From: a bacterium
Lineage (GTDB): Bacteria > SAR324 > JACQKK01
Length of the DNA stretch: 64,000 nucleotides
Assembly (NCBI GenBank): GCA_965240465.1
Contig: OZ251219.1
Coordinates: 640,001-704,000 of the forward strand
Direction: 5' to 3'
The translations under genes were made by a program, and so were the position numbers. Shown piece by piece: positions 36,304 through 44,909 of this stretch. Below the pieces are notes generated by a model. The model saw nothing but the letters and a program-made list of their open reading frames with translations. It ran no database searches and was not told where the DNA came from. How positions within the stretch are numbered: the stretch's first letter is position 1; the number at the start of each line of letters is the position of its first letter.

Positions 36304-39300
36304 TCAAAGGTTAATTCTGAAGGATTCACGCCAAAGCACCCGATAAATGCGGAGACGCTTTTTTCCAGATAGGAGTTTTTTGGTAGTTTTTGCTAAGGCG
36401 ATCCTCTGCCCTCCAGTCAACAAACTAATTAGCCCCTTGGTACTTTGCAAAGGAATGACCATCCCAGGACGCAATTGCATTAAATCTTTCACCAAAAGGT
36501 GAGCTTGCCCGATCTCACAAACAGTCGGCAAACGGACTTCCAACAAAGGATTGGAAGAGGTCTCCCCACTTATTATGCCACCGATTCCTCCGCCACCGAT
36601 TCCTCCGCCACCGATTCCTCCGCCACCGATTCCTCCGCCACCGATTCCTCCGCCACCGATTCCTCTACCATTTTCGCCTATTCCTCTGCCCTTATCTCCG
36701 CCTATTTTGTCATCAATTGGCTTGTCTCTTTCCACTTTTCTGGGAAGCATCAATTCAAAGGGTGAGGGGGTAGGTTGAGGTTTTTTGGCAGTTTTTGCAG
36801 CAAGTTTTGGGGCAAGTTTTGGGGCAAGTTTTGCGATGGGTTTCGCAATGGGCTTTAATTTGTATGGTACCGCAGATGACACTGGGGGTGGTTTGGCAGG
36901 TTTTTCTAACGAAAGTGGATCTTTGTGTTGGGGATGCACCAGGGGCCAGCTGGCAGGCTGATATGTTTTTTCCTTTTTAGTTACAGAAACAGGAGTAGTT
37001 TTGGTAGCGGGTGGGGTTGGGGTTTTGGAGGGTATTGTTGGTATGGCTTTGGCAGGTATTTTTGGTGGTATTTTTCTGTCGGGAGGAGTTTTTTCTAATG
37101 GTGTTGTTTTGGTTGGAGGAGGCAGTTTTTGTGGTGTGGTCAGGATGAGCGGTTCAGCGAGATTGGGGTCGGGCGGTGTTTTTGGTTTTTGAGTGTCTTT
37201 GTCTTGGAAGGTTTCCAATATATCAGCTGCTTTAGCGATGGCTTGTTCTAGGCTCAGAATATCTTCTTCACTGAGGAAGGGGTCGGCTTCTAGGAGATGT
37301 TCTTGGTAGTCGGTAGGTGTTTGATCTTTTTTGGGAAGGATATTTTGAGGAGGAGGTTCATCCCAGAATCCATTTGTTTTTGTTGCTGATTCAGGGAGGG
37401 TGAAAGCCTTGGTTGTTGCTGGGTCAGGTTTTTTTTCTGCCTCGGGGGGCAATTTTGTTTCAAGTGGAATTTGGAATGGTTCAATCTCAGGAGGCAATTC
37501 TGGATCGGGGAGCGATTTTTCCTCGGGAGGCAATTTTTCCTCAGAGGGCAATTTTGTTTCAAGCGGAATTTGGAATGGTTCAATCTCAGGAGGCAATTCT
37601 GCTTGGGTCAGTGTCAGGGGGGTGTCGGGTTGTTTTTCTTGAACGGGGATTTTTTGGGGTTCTTTGAGCTCTTTGAGCTCTTGGAGGGGTGGGGGGAGTT
37701 GGAGGGTTTTTTTGTCAATTGGTGGTGTTATTGTTGGTGAGGTTAGCACTGGTTTGATCACCTCTGGGGGTTCAATTTTAGGTGGATCTGTTTTTGGAAG
37801 TTTTATTTCTGGGGTTGGTTGTGCAGGGAGTACAGTTGCCTCTGGGATTGCCTCTGGGATTGCCTTTGGGATTGCCTTTGGGATTGCCTTTGGGGTTATT
37901 TTTGATAAATGTTCTTTTAGAGGGAAAGGTTTTCCGATTTTAGCGGGGGGTTCTGTTTGGTCTTGTTTGTAGATGGTACTGAGGATCTTAGTGGATTCTA
38001 CTAGGGTTTTTTCGGCTTGAGCTTTTATTTGAGGATCGGAATCTTTTTGTATCAGGGGTGTAGCTGGCAGTGGCTCGGCTGGGGGGGGTCCAAAGCCATT
38101 GGAAGTATTTGCTGTTATTTCAGTTTCAGCGACAATTTCTTCTGGTTTTTGTTTTTCTAGAGTGGGGAATTTTTCTTCCTCAGTGGCTGCGGGCAGTTTT
38201 TTTAGGGTGAGGGGTTTTTGGATTGTCGCTGGGGTTTTTTCTTTGGCAGGGATTTTTTCTTCTTTGGACAGAGTGGCTGCGGGCAGTTTTTTTAGGGTGA
38301 GGGGTTTTTGGATTGTCGCTGGGGTTTTTTCTTTGGCAGGGATTTTTTCTTCTTTGGACAGAGTGGCTACGGGCAGTTTTTTTAGGGTGAGGGGTTTTTG
38401 GATTGTCGCTGGGGTTTTTTCTTTGGCAGGGATTTTTTCTTCTTTGGACAGAGTGGCTACGGGCAGTTTTTTTAGGGTGAGGGGTTTTTGGATTGTCGCT
38501 GGGGTTTTTTCTTTGGCAGGGATTTTTTCTTCTTTGGACAGAGTGGCTACGGGCAGTTTTTTTAGGGTGAGGGGTTTTTGGATTGTCGCTGGGGTTTTTT
38601 CTTTGGCAGGGATTTTTTCTTCTTTGGCAGGAGTTTTTTCTTCTTTGGACAGAGTGGCTGCGGGCAGTTTTCCTAGGGTGAGGGGTTTTTGGATTGTCGC
38701 GGTTTTTTTTGTTTGATCTTGTTGGCTGAGAACACTAAGTATTTCAGTGGATTTTTCTAGTATTTGTTCGGCTTCGGTGATGGCTTGGGATTTGTTTTTG
38801 GGGTCGGAATCTTTCTCTGTAGGGTGTGTGGTGGATAATGGCTCAGCTGGCGGTGGTTGAGAGGTTTGCGGGGTTGGTCGGAGGGTCTCAAAGGCATCAT
38901 TTATTTTGGTGGGTTCAGGAGGAGGTTTATTCCAGAAGCCATTGGTGGTATCCTCAGGTTTTTCTATTTTTGCTGGTTCTGAGTCTTTACTGGCTTTTAC
39001 TTCGGGGAGCGGGATTGATGGCGGGATTGATGGCGGGATTTCTTTAGACAGGCTAGTCACAGGTGGGATGCGATCGGGGGTAGTGTCTGGCTTGGGAGTA
39101 GTGTATGGCTTGGGAGTAGTGTATGGCTTGGGAGTAGGATCGGCAGGGTGGTGATCAGTAGGGGTAGTTTTTTCGGGTATGGTTAGGAAGGTATCTGGGA
39201 AGTCCTCGGACCATTTATCGGCGGCGGGCAAGCGAGTCTGTAGCTCTTCCATGTCCTTCATTAGCTCTGCTACAGAGGGGAGCGAGGCTGATTTTCTTTT

Positions 39301-39309
39301 AAGTTTCAT
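36304..39309 (-). CDS. 1001-aa Pro/Lys/Thr/Glu-rich disordered protein with C-terminal SpoA (FliM/FliN-C)-like domain
   Basis: Long repeat-rich ORF; C-terminus LEVRLP..CEIGQAHLLVKDLMQLRPGMVIPL...GQRIA resembles SpoA. Confidence 0.6.
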   Translation of the reverse strand: MKLKRKSASLPSVAELMKDMEELQTRLPAADKWSEDFPDTFLTIPEKTTPTDHHPADPTPKPYTTPKPYTTPKPDTTPDRIPPVTSLSKEIPPSIPPSIPLPEVKASKDSEPAKIEKPEDTTNGFWNKPPPEPTKINDAFETLRPTPQTSQPPPAEPLSTTHPTEKDSDPKNKSQAITEAEQILEKSTEILSVLSQQDQTKKTATIQKPLTLGKLPAATLSKEEKTPAKEEKIPAKEKTPATIQKPLTLKKLPVATLSKEEKIPAKEKTPATIQKPLTLKKLPVATLSKEEKIPAKEKTPATIQKPLTLKKLPVATLSKEEKIPAKEKTPATIQKPLTLKKLPAATLSKEEKIPAKEKTPATIQKPLTLKKLPAATEEEKFPTLEKQKPEEIVAETEITANTSNGFGPPPAEPLPATPLIQKDSDPQIKAQAEKTLVESTKILSTIYKQDQTEPPAKIGKPFPLKEHLSKITPKAIPKAIPKAIPEAIPEATVLPAQPTPEIKLPKTDPPKIEPPEVIKPVLTSPTITPPIDKKTLQLPPPLQELKELKEPQKIPVQEKQPDTPLTLTQAELPPEIEPFQIPLETKLPSEEKLPPEEKSLPDPELPPEIEPFQIPLETKLPPEAEKKPDPATTKAFTLPESATKTNGFWDEPPPQNILPKKDQTPTDYQEHLLEADPFLSEEDILSLEQAIAKAADILETFQDKDTQKPKTPPDPNLAEPLILTTPQKLPPPTKTTPLEKTPPDRKIPPKIPAKAIPTIPSKTPTPPATKTTPVSVTKKEKTYQPASWPLVHPQHKDPLSLEKPAKPPPVSSAVPYKLKPIAKPIAKLAPKLAPKLAAKTAKKPQPTPSPFELMLPRKVERDKPIDDKIGGDKGRGIGENGRGIGGGGIGGGGIGGGGIGGGGIGGGGIGGIISGETSSNPLLEVRLPTVCEIGQAHLLVKDLMQLRPGMVIPLQSTKGLISLLTGGQRIALAKTTKKLLSGKKRLRIYRVLWRESFRINL
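36578..36665. repeat. About 6 x 15 bp in-frame repeat encoding (GGGGI)n
   Basis: CCACCGATTCCTCCG units read directly. Confidence 0.92.
38183..38700. repeat. About 5.5 x 90 bp in-frame repeat (LSKEEKIPAKEKTPATIQKPLTLKKLP[V/A]AT)
   Basis: Units start at 38183, 38273, 38363, 38453, 38543 and about 38654. Confidence 0.95.
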
Positions 39310-39402
39310 GAGGTTTGGTGGGGTAGGATTAATTTCGGCAGGGAGCTACCGATAAGAACTCTGGTGCCTTATACTCCAGACATTCAAAAAGTATGCAGTT
39401 TC

Positions 39403-40767
39403 TTAATGAGAGGGGGTAGAATGCGGTTCTATTTGTCGGCTGAGATTGCTGAATTTGGTATATTGCGGCCTGAAGCTAAGCTGGATCCCGTGTTCTGAGG
39501 TGGTGATGGGGCCATTTCTATGCTTGGCGATGTGTAATTCTGCCACTCCTTTGAAGTCGGTGTTGGGATTGTAGACCTCATCACGGTAGATGAACATCAC
39601 CAGATCTGCATCTTGCTCGATGGCACCCGATTCTCGTAGATCGGATAATCGGGGGCGTTTATTGACTCGGGTTTCCAGCATGCGATTTAGTTGGGCACAG
39701 GCGATAACGGGTATTTCTAGGTCTTTGGCTAGTGCCTTGAGGCTACGGGAAACGTAGGCGATTTCTTGTTCGCGGTTATCATGTTTGAGATGGCTTTGCA
39801 TGAGTTGGAGGTAGTCCACCACTACTAAGGCGAGGCTATGTTCGGTTTTGATACGGCGGGCGATTGCCCGAGCATTTAGAGGGCTCATTTCGGGGGTATC
39901 GTCAATAAAGATGGGTAGATTAGCTAGTTGGCTGGTGACTTTAATAATTCTGTCCCATTCGGGTTGGTTCATTTTGCCGGCTTCCATTTTTTTGCTTTCA
40001 ATGCAGGCATTTGAGCATAGCAATCGGCGTCCTAGTTGTTCTTTGGACATTTCTAGGCTAAACATCAGCACTCTTTTTTGGGTATGCTGAGCGACATGTT
40101 GGGCGATGGAAAGGGCTAGCGAGGTCTTTCCCATGGAGGGTCGGGATGCCAACACGATCAGCTCTGAGGGTTGTAGTCCATTGGTTAATTTGTCTAGTTC
40201 TACAAAGCCCGAAGGTAATCCCAGCAGCTGTCCCTTGAGGGATTGAGCTTTCTCTAACTGGGTGAAATTGATTTCTAGGATGCTTTTTAGATCATAAAAA
40301 CTGCGGCGTACGGATCTATTGGCTAGCTCTAAGAAAATATCCTCGGCTTCATGGATTAGCTTGCCGACATCTTCGGTATTTTGGCGTCCTTGGTTGGCGA
40401 TGTTAACCGCGGATTCAATCAGCTGTCGTAGCTGATATTTTTCTCGGACAATGTTTGCATACACCAACACATTGGCAGTTACTGGTACCGATTCATTAAG
40501 TTCCGCCAGATAGAGCGGGCCTCCTATTTCGTCTAGGGTTCCGCGGCTACGCAGGTGGCTAACCAGAGTGATGTCGTCAATGGGTTCTTGACGCTCGGTC
40601 ATGGCTTCCATGGCTTGGAATATTACTCGGTGGGTGGGCGAAAAGAAGCTTTCTGCCTGTAGTACATCGGTAACCTGAAAGAAGCACTCATTGTTTTGGA
40701 GTACAGCCCCTAGTACTCCTTGCTCGGCTTCTTTGTCGTGTGGGGGCAGTTGTGCGGTATCAGCCAT
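39403..40767 (-). CDS. dnaB: Replicative DNA helicase
   Basis: PPHDKEAEQ.VLGA, ASRPSMGKT, FSLEMS, DYLQLM, SDLRESGAIEQDAD, IAKHRNGP; no intein. Confidence 0.97.
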   Translation of the reverse strand: MADTAQLPPHDKEAEQGVLGAVLQNNECFFQVTDVLQAESFFSPTHRVIFQAMEAMTERQEPIDDITLVSHLRSRGTLDEIGGPLYLAELNESVPVTANVLVYANIVREKYQLRQLIESAVNIANQGRQNTEDVGKLIHEAEDIFLELANRSVRRSFYDLKSILEINFTQLEKAQSLKGQLLGLPSGFVELDKLTNGLQPSELIVLASRPSMGKTSLALSIAQHVAQHTQKRVLMFSLEMSKEQLGRRLLCSNACIESKKMEAGKMNQPEWDRIIKVTSQLANLPIFIDDTPEMSPLNARAIARRIKTEHSLALVVVDYLQLMQSHLKHDNREQEIAYVSRSLKALAKDLEIPVIACAQLNRMLETRVNKRPRLSDLRESGAIEQDADLVMFIYRDEVYNPNTDFKGVAELHIAKHRNGPITTSEHGIQLSFRPQYTKFSNLSRQIEPHSTPSH

Positions 40768-40854
40768 GTTTTTTTGCAAGCTAGGAAAAATGTATAGCAA
40801 CCAACCTTAAATCAGGATGGATATGGTATCCCAATCAGCTGAGTTCTCCAAGAG

Positions 40855-41274
40855 TTAATCAAGCTTTGGGGGGTGGGGGGGTAGCGAGTTGTATTGAATT
40901 TGACAACCTAGTCGTTCTACAAATTCACGGAAGTCCACTGGTGGTGATGATTGTTGATAGAGCAGCTTAAGGGCGGTGGTGATGATTGGGGGGGGGTAGT
41001 TCACGATGTTGAAGGCAGAAGCCTCGGGTCCGAGGGATTTTTTAAGGATTTTTTGATAAGGCAGGGTAATTTTGGGATGTAGTTGGTGGAGTTGCCATAG
41101 TTTTCGGGCAATTTGGTCGTAGGCGGGATCACTTATGAGGGGTTGTTGCAGGCGGTTATAGAGGAAGTTATGGAGCAGGTATTGGTAGGCTAGTCGCCTT
41201 AGTTGTGGCTGGATGGCAGTTGTGGGGGGGGTGGGGGTGGGGGTGGAGTTTGGAGGATTGGGCGGGGTAGGCAT
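40855..41274 (-). CDS. Stand-alone protein resembling the N-terminal subdomain Ia of NAD-dependent DNA ligase
   Basis: YLLHNFLY...QPLISDPAYDQI.R.L..L...HP matches the LigA Ia pattern H...YY...P.ISD..YD. Confidence 0.6.
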   Translation of the reverse strand: MPTPPNPPNSTPTPTPPTTAIQPQLRRLAYQYLLHNFLYNRLQQPLISDPAYDQIARKLWQLHQLHPKITLPYQKILKKSLGPEASAFNIVNYPPPIITTALKLLYQQSSPPVDFREFVERLGCQIQYNSLPPHPPKLD

Positions 41275-41322
41275 AGCGGTTGTTCTGGGGAAATTTTTAG
41301 CAGGGATTAGGCAGGAGGGATT

Positions 41323-41418
41323 GTTTTAGTTGCAGTGTTTTAGTTGCAGTGTTTTAGTTGCAGTGTTTTAGTTGAAGTATCTAGTTGCAGTGTTTTAGTT
41401 GAAGTATCTAGTTGCAGT
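41323..41418. repeat. 7-unit 13/14-bp array (GTTTTAGTTG[C/A]AGT / ATCTAGTTGCAGT) directly after the hemD stop
   Basis: Read directly; no spacers. Confidence 0.92.
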
Positions 41419-41421
41419 GCC

Positions 41422-42219
41422 TTATTTATTTGCCTCAGTAATTTGTACGATTACCTTGACTAGGGCAGGCATGTTTTGTTGGGAGGGTTGGGCGGTTACT
41501 TTTAGTCCGTGGAGGTTGGCGATTTCAGAGGTAATGCTTCCTAGGCAGGCGGTGCGGGGTTGATGGGTTTGGAGGGCGTGTCTGGCAGCTGAGGAGAGGG
41601 CATCAATGAAGTTGCTCACGGCTTGAGGACTGGTAAAGGTGAGCCAGTTAATTTGGCCTTTCATGATGGCGGGTTCGGCTTTGGCGAGTCCGGATTTGGG
41701 TGGGATGGTTTGGTAGACGGGGATGATTTTCACTTTATGGCCGGATTTTTTCAATCCATTTTCTAGTACGGAGCGGGCTTTTAGGGAGCGAGGGATCCAG
41801 ATGGTTGTTTTTTTGGGTAGTACCTTAAGTAATTGGAGGAGCAGGTTTTCTTGTTTGGATACATCGGGGACGAGGCTGGGTTTGAGTTGGCAGGCGTGCA
41901 TTTGGGCGGCGGTGCTGGCACCGATGGCAGCTAGGGAGGAGAGTTTGAGTTTTTTTAAGGGTTGTGCTTGTTCATTTAGGTGCTGGACTAGTCTTTTAAC
42001 GGCGGTGGTGCTGGTAAAGACGATCCAGTGAGATGGTTTTAGTTGTTGGTAGAATTTGTGGCAGTCATCCCATGAAGGTGGAGGCTCAAAAAGCAGCATG
42101 GGACATTCTAGTACTTCTGCCCCTTGTGCTTGGAGTAATGAACTGAGATCTTCAGCTGTTTCAGCTGGTCTGGTATTGAGGATGTTCTGCCCTTGTAGCG
42201 GTTTTTTAGTAGTGTTCAT
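41422..42219 (-). CDS. hemD: Uroporphyrinogen-III synthase
   Basis: ILNTRP, WIVFTSTTAV, AIGASTA, VYQT, LTFTSPQAV, CLGSITS. Confidence 0.88.
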   Translation of the reverse strand: MNTTKKPLQGQNILNTRPAETAEDLSSLLQAQGAEVLECPMLLFEPPPSWDDCHKFYQQLKPSHWIVFTSTTAVKRLVQHLNEQAQPLKKLKLSSLAAIGASTAAQMHACQLKPSLVPDVSKQENLLLQLLKVLPKKTTIWIPRSLKARSVLENGLKKSGHKVKIIPVYQTIPPKSGLAKAEPAIMKGQINWLTFTSPQAVSNFIDALSSAARHALQTHQPRTACLGSITSEIANLHGLKVTAQPSQQNMPALVKVIVQITEANK

Positions 42220-43616
42220 GGCAGGTTTTGGTGCTTGGGCGGGCGAGCATGGGTTAATGAGTTCTCGGGGTTGAGATTTTCTTTTAGGTCAAATAGTTCT
42301 GCTAGTACTCGGGCTTGGGTGGTGATGATAGGCAGGGGCGGGTTATTGCACTCGGGTATCGGTGGAGCAGAGAGTAGGGCTTGTTCGGCGGCGATACTTT
42401 TAAGTCTTACAGAAGGGATATGGAGCAAGCGATTGATAAGGCGATGCATGGTTTGGTTTAGGTATGGTTCTAGTTGTTGTGCGAGGAGGGGGTTTTTATA
42501 TTTGAGAGCGGTGAGGGTTTGTTGACATTCGGTATTTCCCCAGCGGGTGATTTTTTGTCGTAGGGAGCGTATCAGTGGTACTGCTAGTAGTTCCTGTTGT
42601 TTTTGGAGCCACCGATTGAGTTCTGTTTCTACTAGGGATAGGGCTTGTTGGATTTGTTGTCCTCGGTCTTGGCGATTTTCCTCGGCTAGATGTTGCAGGT
42701 CGTTGAGGTCGTAGCGGTAGGCATTGGCAAGGGAGTTGATGGTGGGATCAATATCGGGTGGCATGGCGATGTCAATGAAGAAGATTGGTGAGCCTTTGCG
42801 TTTTTTCAGGGCTTGGGCGGCCATTGTTCGGGTAATTAGAGGTTGGGTAGCGCCGCTGGAGCCTAGGACGATATCGGCGGTGGAAAGGAGGGTATCTAGT
42901 TCAGCAAAGCAAGCGGGCTGAGCTTGTACTTGTTCGGCAAGGGCTTGGGCGTGAGCAATGGTACGGCTAGCGACCTTTAAGTTACATAAGCCGTCTTTTT
43001 TTAGTTCTTGAGCTGCCAGCTGGGACATTTCACCTGCCCCCAGTAAGAGCATACATTTATCTGACAATCCAGAAAAAATCTTGCGTGCCAATTGCACCGC
43101 GATATGACTGATGGATAAAGGATTGATAGCTACCTCGGTTTCGGTATGCACTCGTTTGGCAGTCCGAAAAGCATGTTGCAACAAGGGTTGTAGCAAGGCT
43201 CCTAAGGACTCGGCTTCCAAAGCTTGCCGATAAGCCTGCTTCACCTGACCCAAAATCTGAGGCTCTCCCACCAGCATGGAATCCAAACTAGTAACCACCA
43301 ATAGCAAATGACGAACCGCGGAACTACCACTCAGCTGCAAACACTTTTCTTCCCAATCCTTATCAGAATCAAAATCCCGCGGCAGTCTAAAATGCTCCCC
43401 CAGCCAAGCAATTAGCCGAACTCTCGTCTGCTCAGCATCCCGACCACTCACTAGATAACACTCCACCCGATTACAAGTAGTTAACCAAAATACTTCCTCT
43501 CCAATATCCAGCATCTCCCTAAGTAAACTCACTCGCTCAGATTCAGGAACATAAAGAGCCTCTCTTAACTCAGGACTACTAACGCGAAAATTGAAACTCA
43601 GCAAATGTAGATACAT
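42216..43616 (-). CDS. hemA: Glutamyl-tRNA reductase
   Basis: TTCNRVECY, SLDSMLVGEPQILGQVK.AY, LGAGEM, IDIAMPPDID. Confidence 0.95.
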   Translation of the reverse strand: MYLHLLSFNFRVSSPELREALYVPESERVSLLREMLDIGEEVFWLTTCNRVECYLVSGRDAEQTRVRLIAWLGEHFRLPRDFDSDKDWEEKCLQLSGSSAVRHLLLVVTSLDSMLVGEPQILGQVKQAYRQALEAESLGALLQPLLQHAFRTAKRVHTETEVAINPLSISHIAVQLARKIFSGLSDKCMLLLGAGEMSQLAAQELKKDGLCNLKVASRTIAHAQALAEQVQAQPACFAELDTLLSTADIVLGSSGATQPLITRTMAAQALKKRKGSPIFFIDIAMPPDIDPTINSLANAYRYDLNDLQHLAEENRQDRGQQIQQALSLVETELNRWLQKQQELLAVPLIRSLRQKITRWGNTECQQTLTALKYKNPLLAQQLEPYLNQTMHRLINRLLHIPSVRLKSIAAEQALLSAPPIPECNNPPLPIITTQARVLAELFDLKENLNPENSLTHARPPKHQNLP

Positions 43617-43933
43617 TCGGTACCCTTTTCTTCAAGCCCTAAAAAATTGCTACCGATACTCAATGCTAGTAACAAAAAACCCAAATAGCTAAAATTGCCA
43701 GCGACATTTCTTAGCTAATCGCCTCATCATAACCTCAGCGAAAAAAAAATCAAAGATGCATTGAAAACATGAGTACCACCCAGAAAGTACCATCCAAGAC
43801 AATATCCCAGAGCATTGCTCCCGCAGAGTTTTAAGCTTATAATCGCAGCTGTGCCTTATCGGCATTATTTACTTATCTTAAACATTGTGCCAAATAACAA
43901 GCTGATATAAACAAGTACAAATAATGACCAGAT

Positions 43934-44884
43934 ATGCCCGCTATCACCAAAAAATCTCCCATGGAATCTCCTAGGAAATCTCCCATGGAATCTCCTAGGA
44001 AATCTCCCATGGAATCTCCTAGGAAATCTCCCATGGAATCTCCTAGGAAATCTCCCATGGAATCTCCTAGGAAATCTCCCATGGAATCTCCTAGGAAATC
44101 TCCCATGGAATCTCCTAGGAAATCTCCCATGGAATCTCCTAAGAAATCTATAACCTCAGGCTGGGTAATTACTCCCAATCGGCTTACCTGGATGCGAGTA
44201 GCTTTAGTGCCTCCCTTGTTGGTGGTTTTGTATCAAGACCAACCTTTTTATAACTGGGTTGCCTTGGCGTTGTTCTTGTTGGCGGTATCCACCGATATTG
44301 CCGATGGCATTGTAGCTCGTAGCCGACAGCAAGTATCTCAGCAGGGAAAATTGATGGACCCTCTAGCTGATAAGATCTTGGCAATGAGCTTGATGGTTAG
44401 TTTGGTGGGTTTGCAACGGGTAGGAGCTTTGCCAGTTATTCTGATATTAGGGCGGGATTTTGGAATTTCCATGTTGCGTCAGCGGTCTGCTTTAAGGGGC
44501 TGGGCGATGGCAGCCAGCAAGTTTGGAAAGCTTAAGACCGTCATTCAAGGAATTGCCATTGGAGTATTATTGGTAAGCCACAATCCTTGGGAAATATCCA
44601 CCGAGTTATTAGGAGTGGTTTTACTCTGGTTAAGTGTGGGGGTATCTTTGACTAGCGGATGGGGATATTGGACTTCTTTTCAGCGTTTTAAGAAATCTCT
44701 TGATGCCAAGACAGCTGAGGCTGCCAAGACAGCTGAGGCTACCAAGACAGCTAAAGCTACCAAGACAGCTGAAGCTGCCAAGACAGCTGAGGCTACCAAG
44801 ACAGCTAAAGCTACCAAGACAGCTGAAGCTGCCAAGACATCCGAAGCTGCCAAACGGGTAGGTAGGATTTCGCCCTTGGCTTAG
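43934..44884 (+). CDS. pgsA: CDP-diacylglycerol--glycerol-3-phosphate 3-phosphatidyltransferase with repeat tails at both ends
   Basis: PNRLTWMR, TDIADGIVARSRQQVS..GKLMDPLADKIL, GKLKT..Q. Confidence 0.92.
   Translation: MPAITKKSPMESPRKSPMESPRKSPMESPRKSPMESPRKSPMESPRKSPMESPRKSPMESPRKSPMESPKKSITSGWVITPNRLTWMRVALVPPLLVVLYQDQPFYNWVALALFLLAVSTDIADGIVARSRQQVSQQGKLMDPLADKILAMSLMVSLVGLQRVGALPVILILGRDFGISMLRQRSALRGWAMAASKFGKLKTVIQGIAIGVLLVSHNPWEISTELLGVVLLWLSVGVSLTSGWGYWTSFQRFKKSLDAKTAEAAKTAEATKTAKATKTAEAAKTAEATKTAKATKTAEAAKTSEAAKRVGRISPLA
43952..44143 (+). repeat. 8 x 24 bp in-frame repeat AAATCTCCCATGGAATCTCCTAGG encoding (KSPMESPR)n
   Basis: Read directly; last unit has one mismatch. Confidence 0.97.
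44705..44854 (+). repeat. About 8 x 18 bp in-frame repeat encoding ([A/T]KTA[E/K]A)n at the PgsA C-terminus
   Basis: Read directly. Confidence 0.93.
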
Positions 44885-44909
44885 CAAAGAGCAGGGGGTG
44901 GGTAGGACA

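Noticed and set aside
38099-38716. 205-aa + strand ORF with hydrophobic repeats
   Set aside because: Antisense shadow of the 90-bp repeat in the 1001-aa gene
41323-41418. GTTTTAG-starting repeats as a CRISPR array
   Set aside because: Units are 13-14 bp and directly adjacent with no unique spacers; no cas operon
43952-44143. 24-bp palindrome-containing repeat as a CRISPR array
   Set aside because: No spacers; in frame within pgsA
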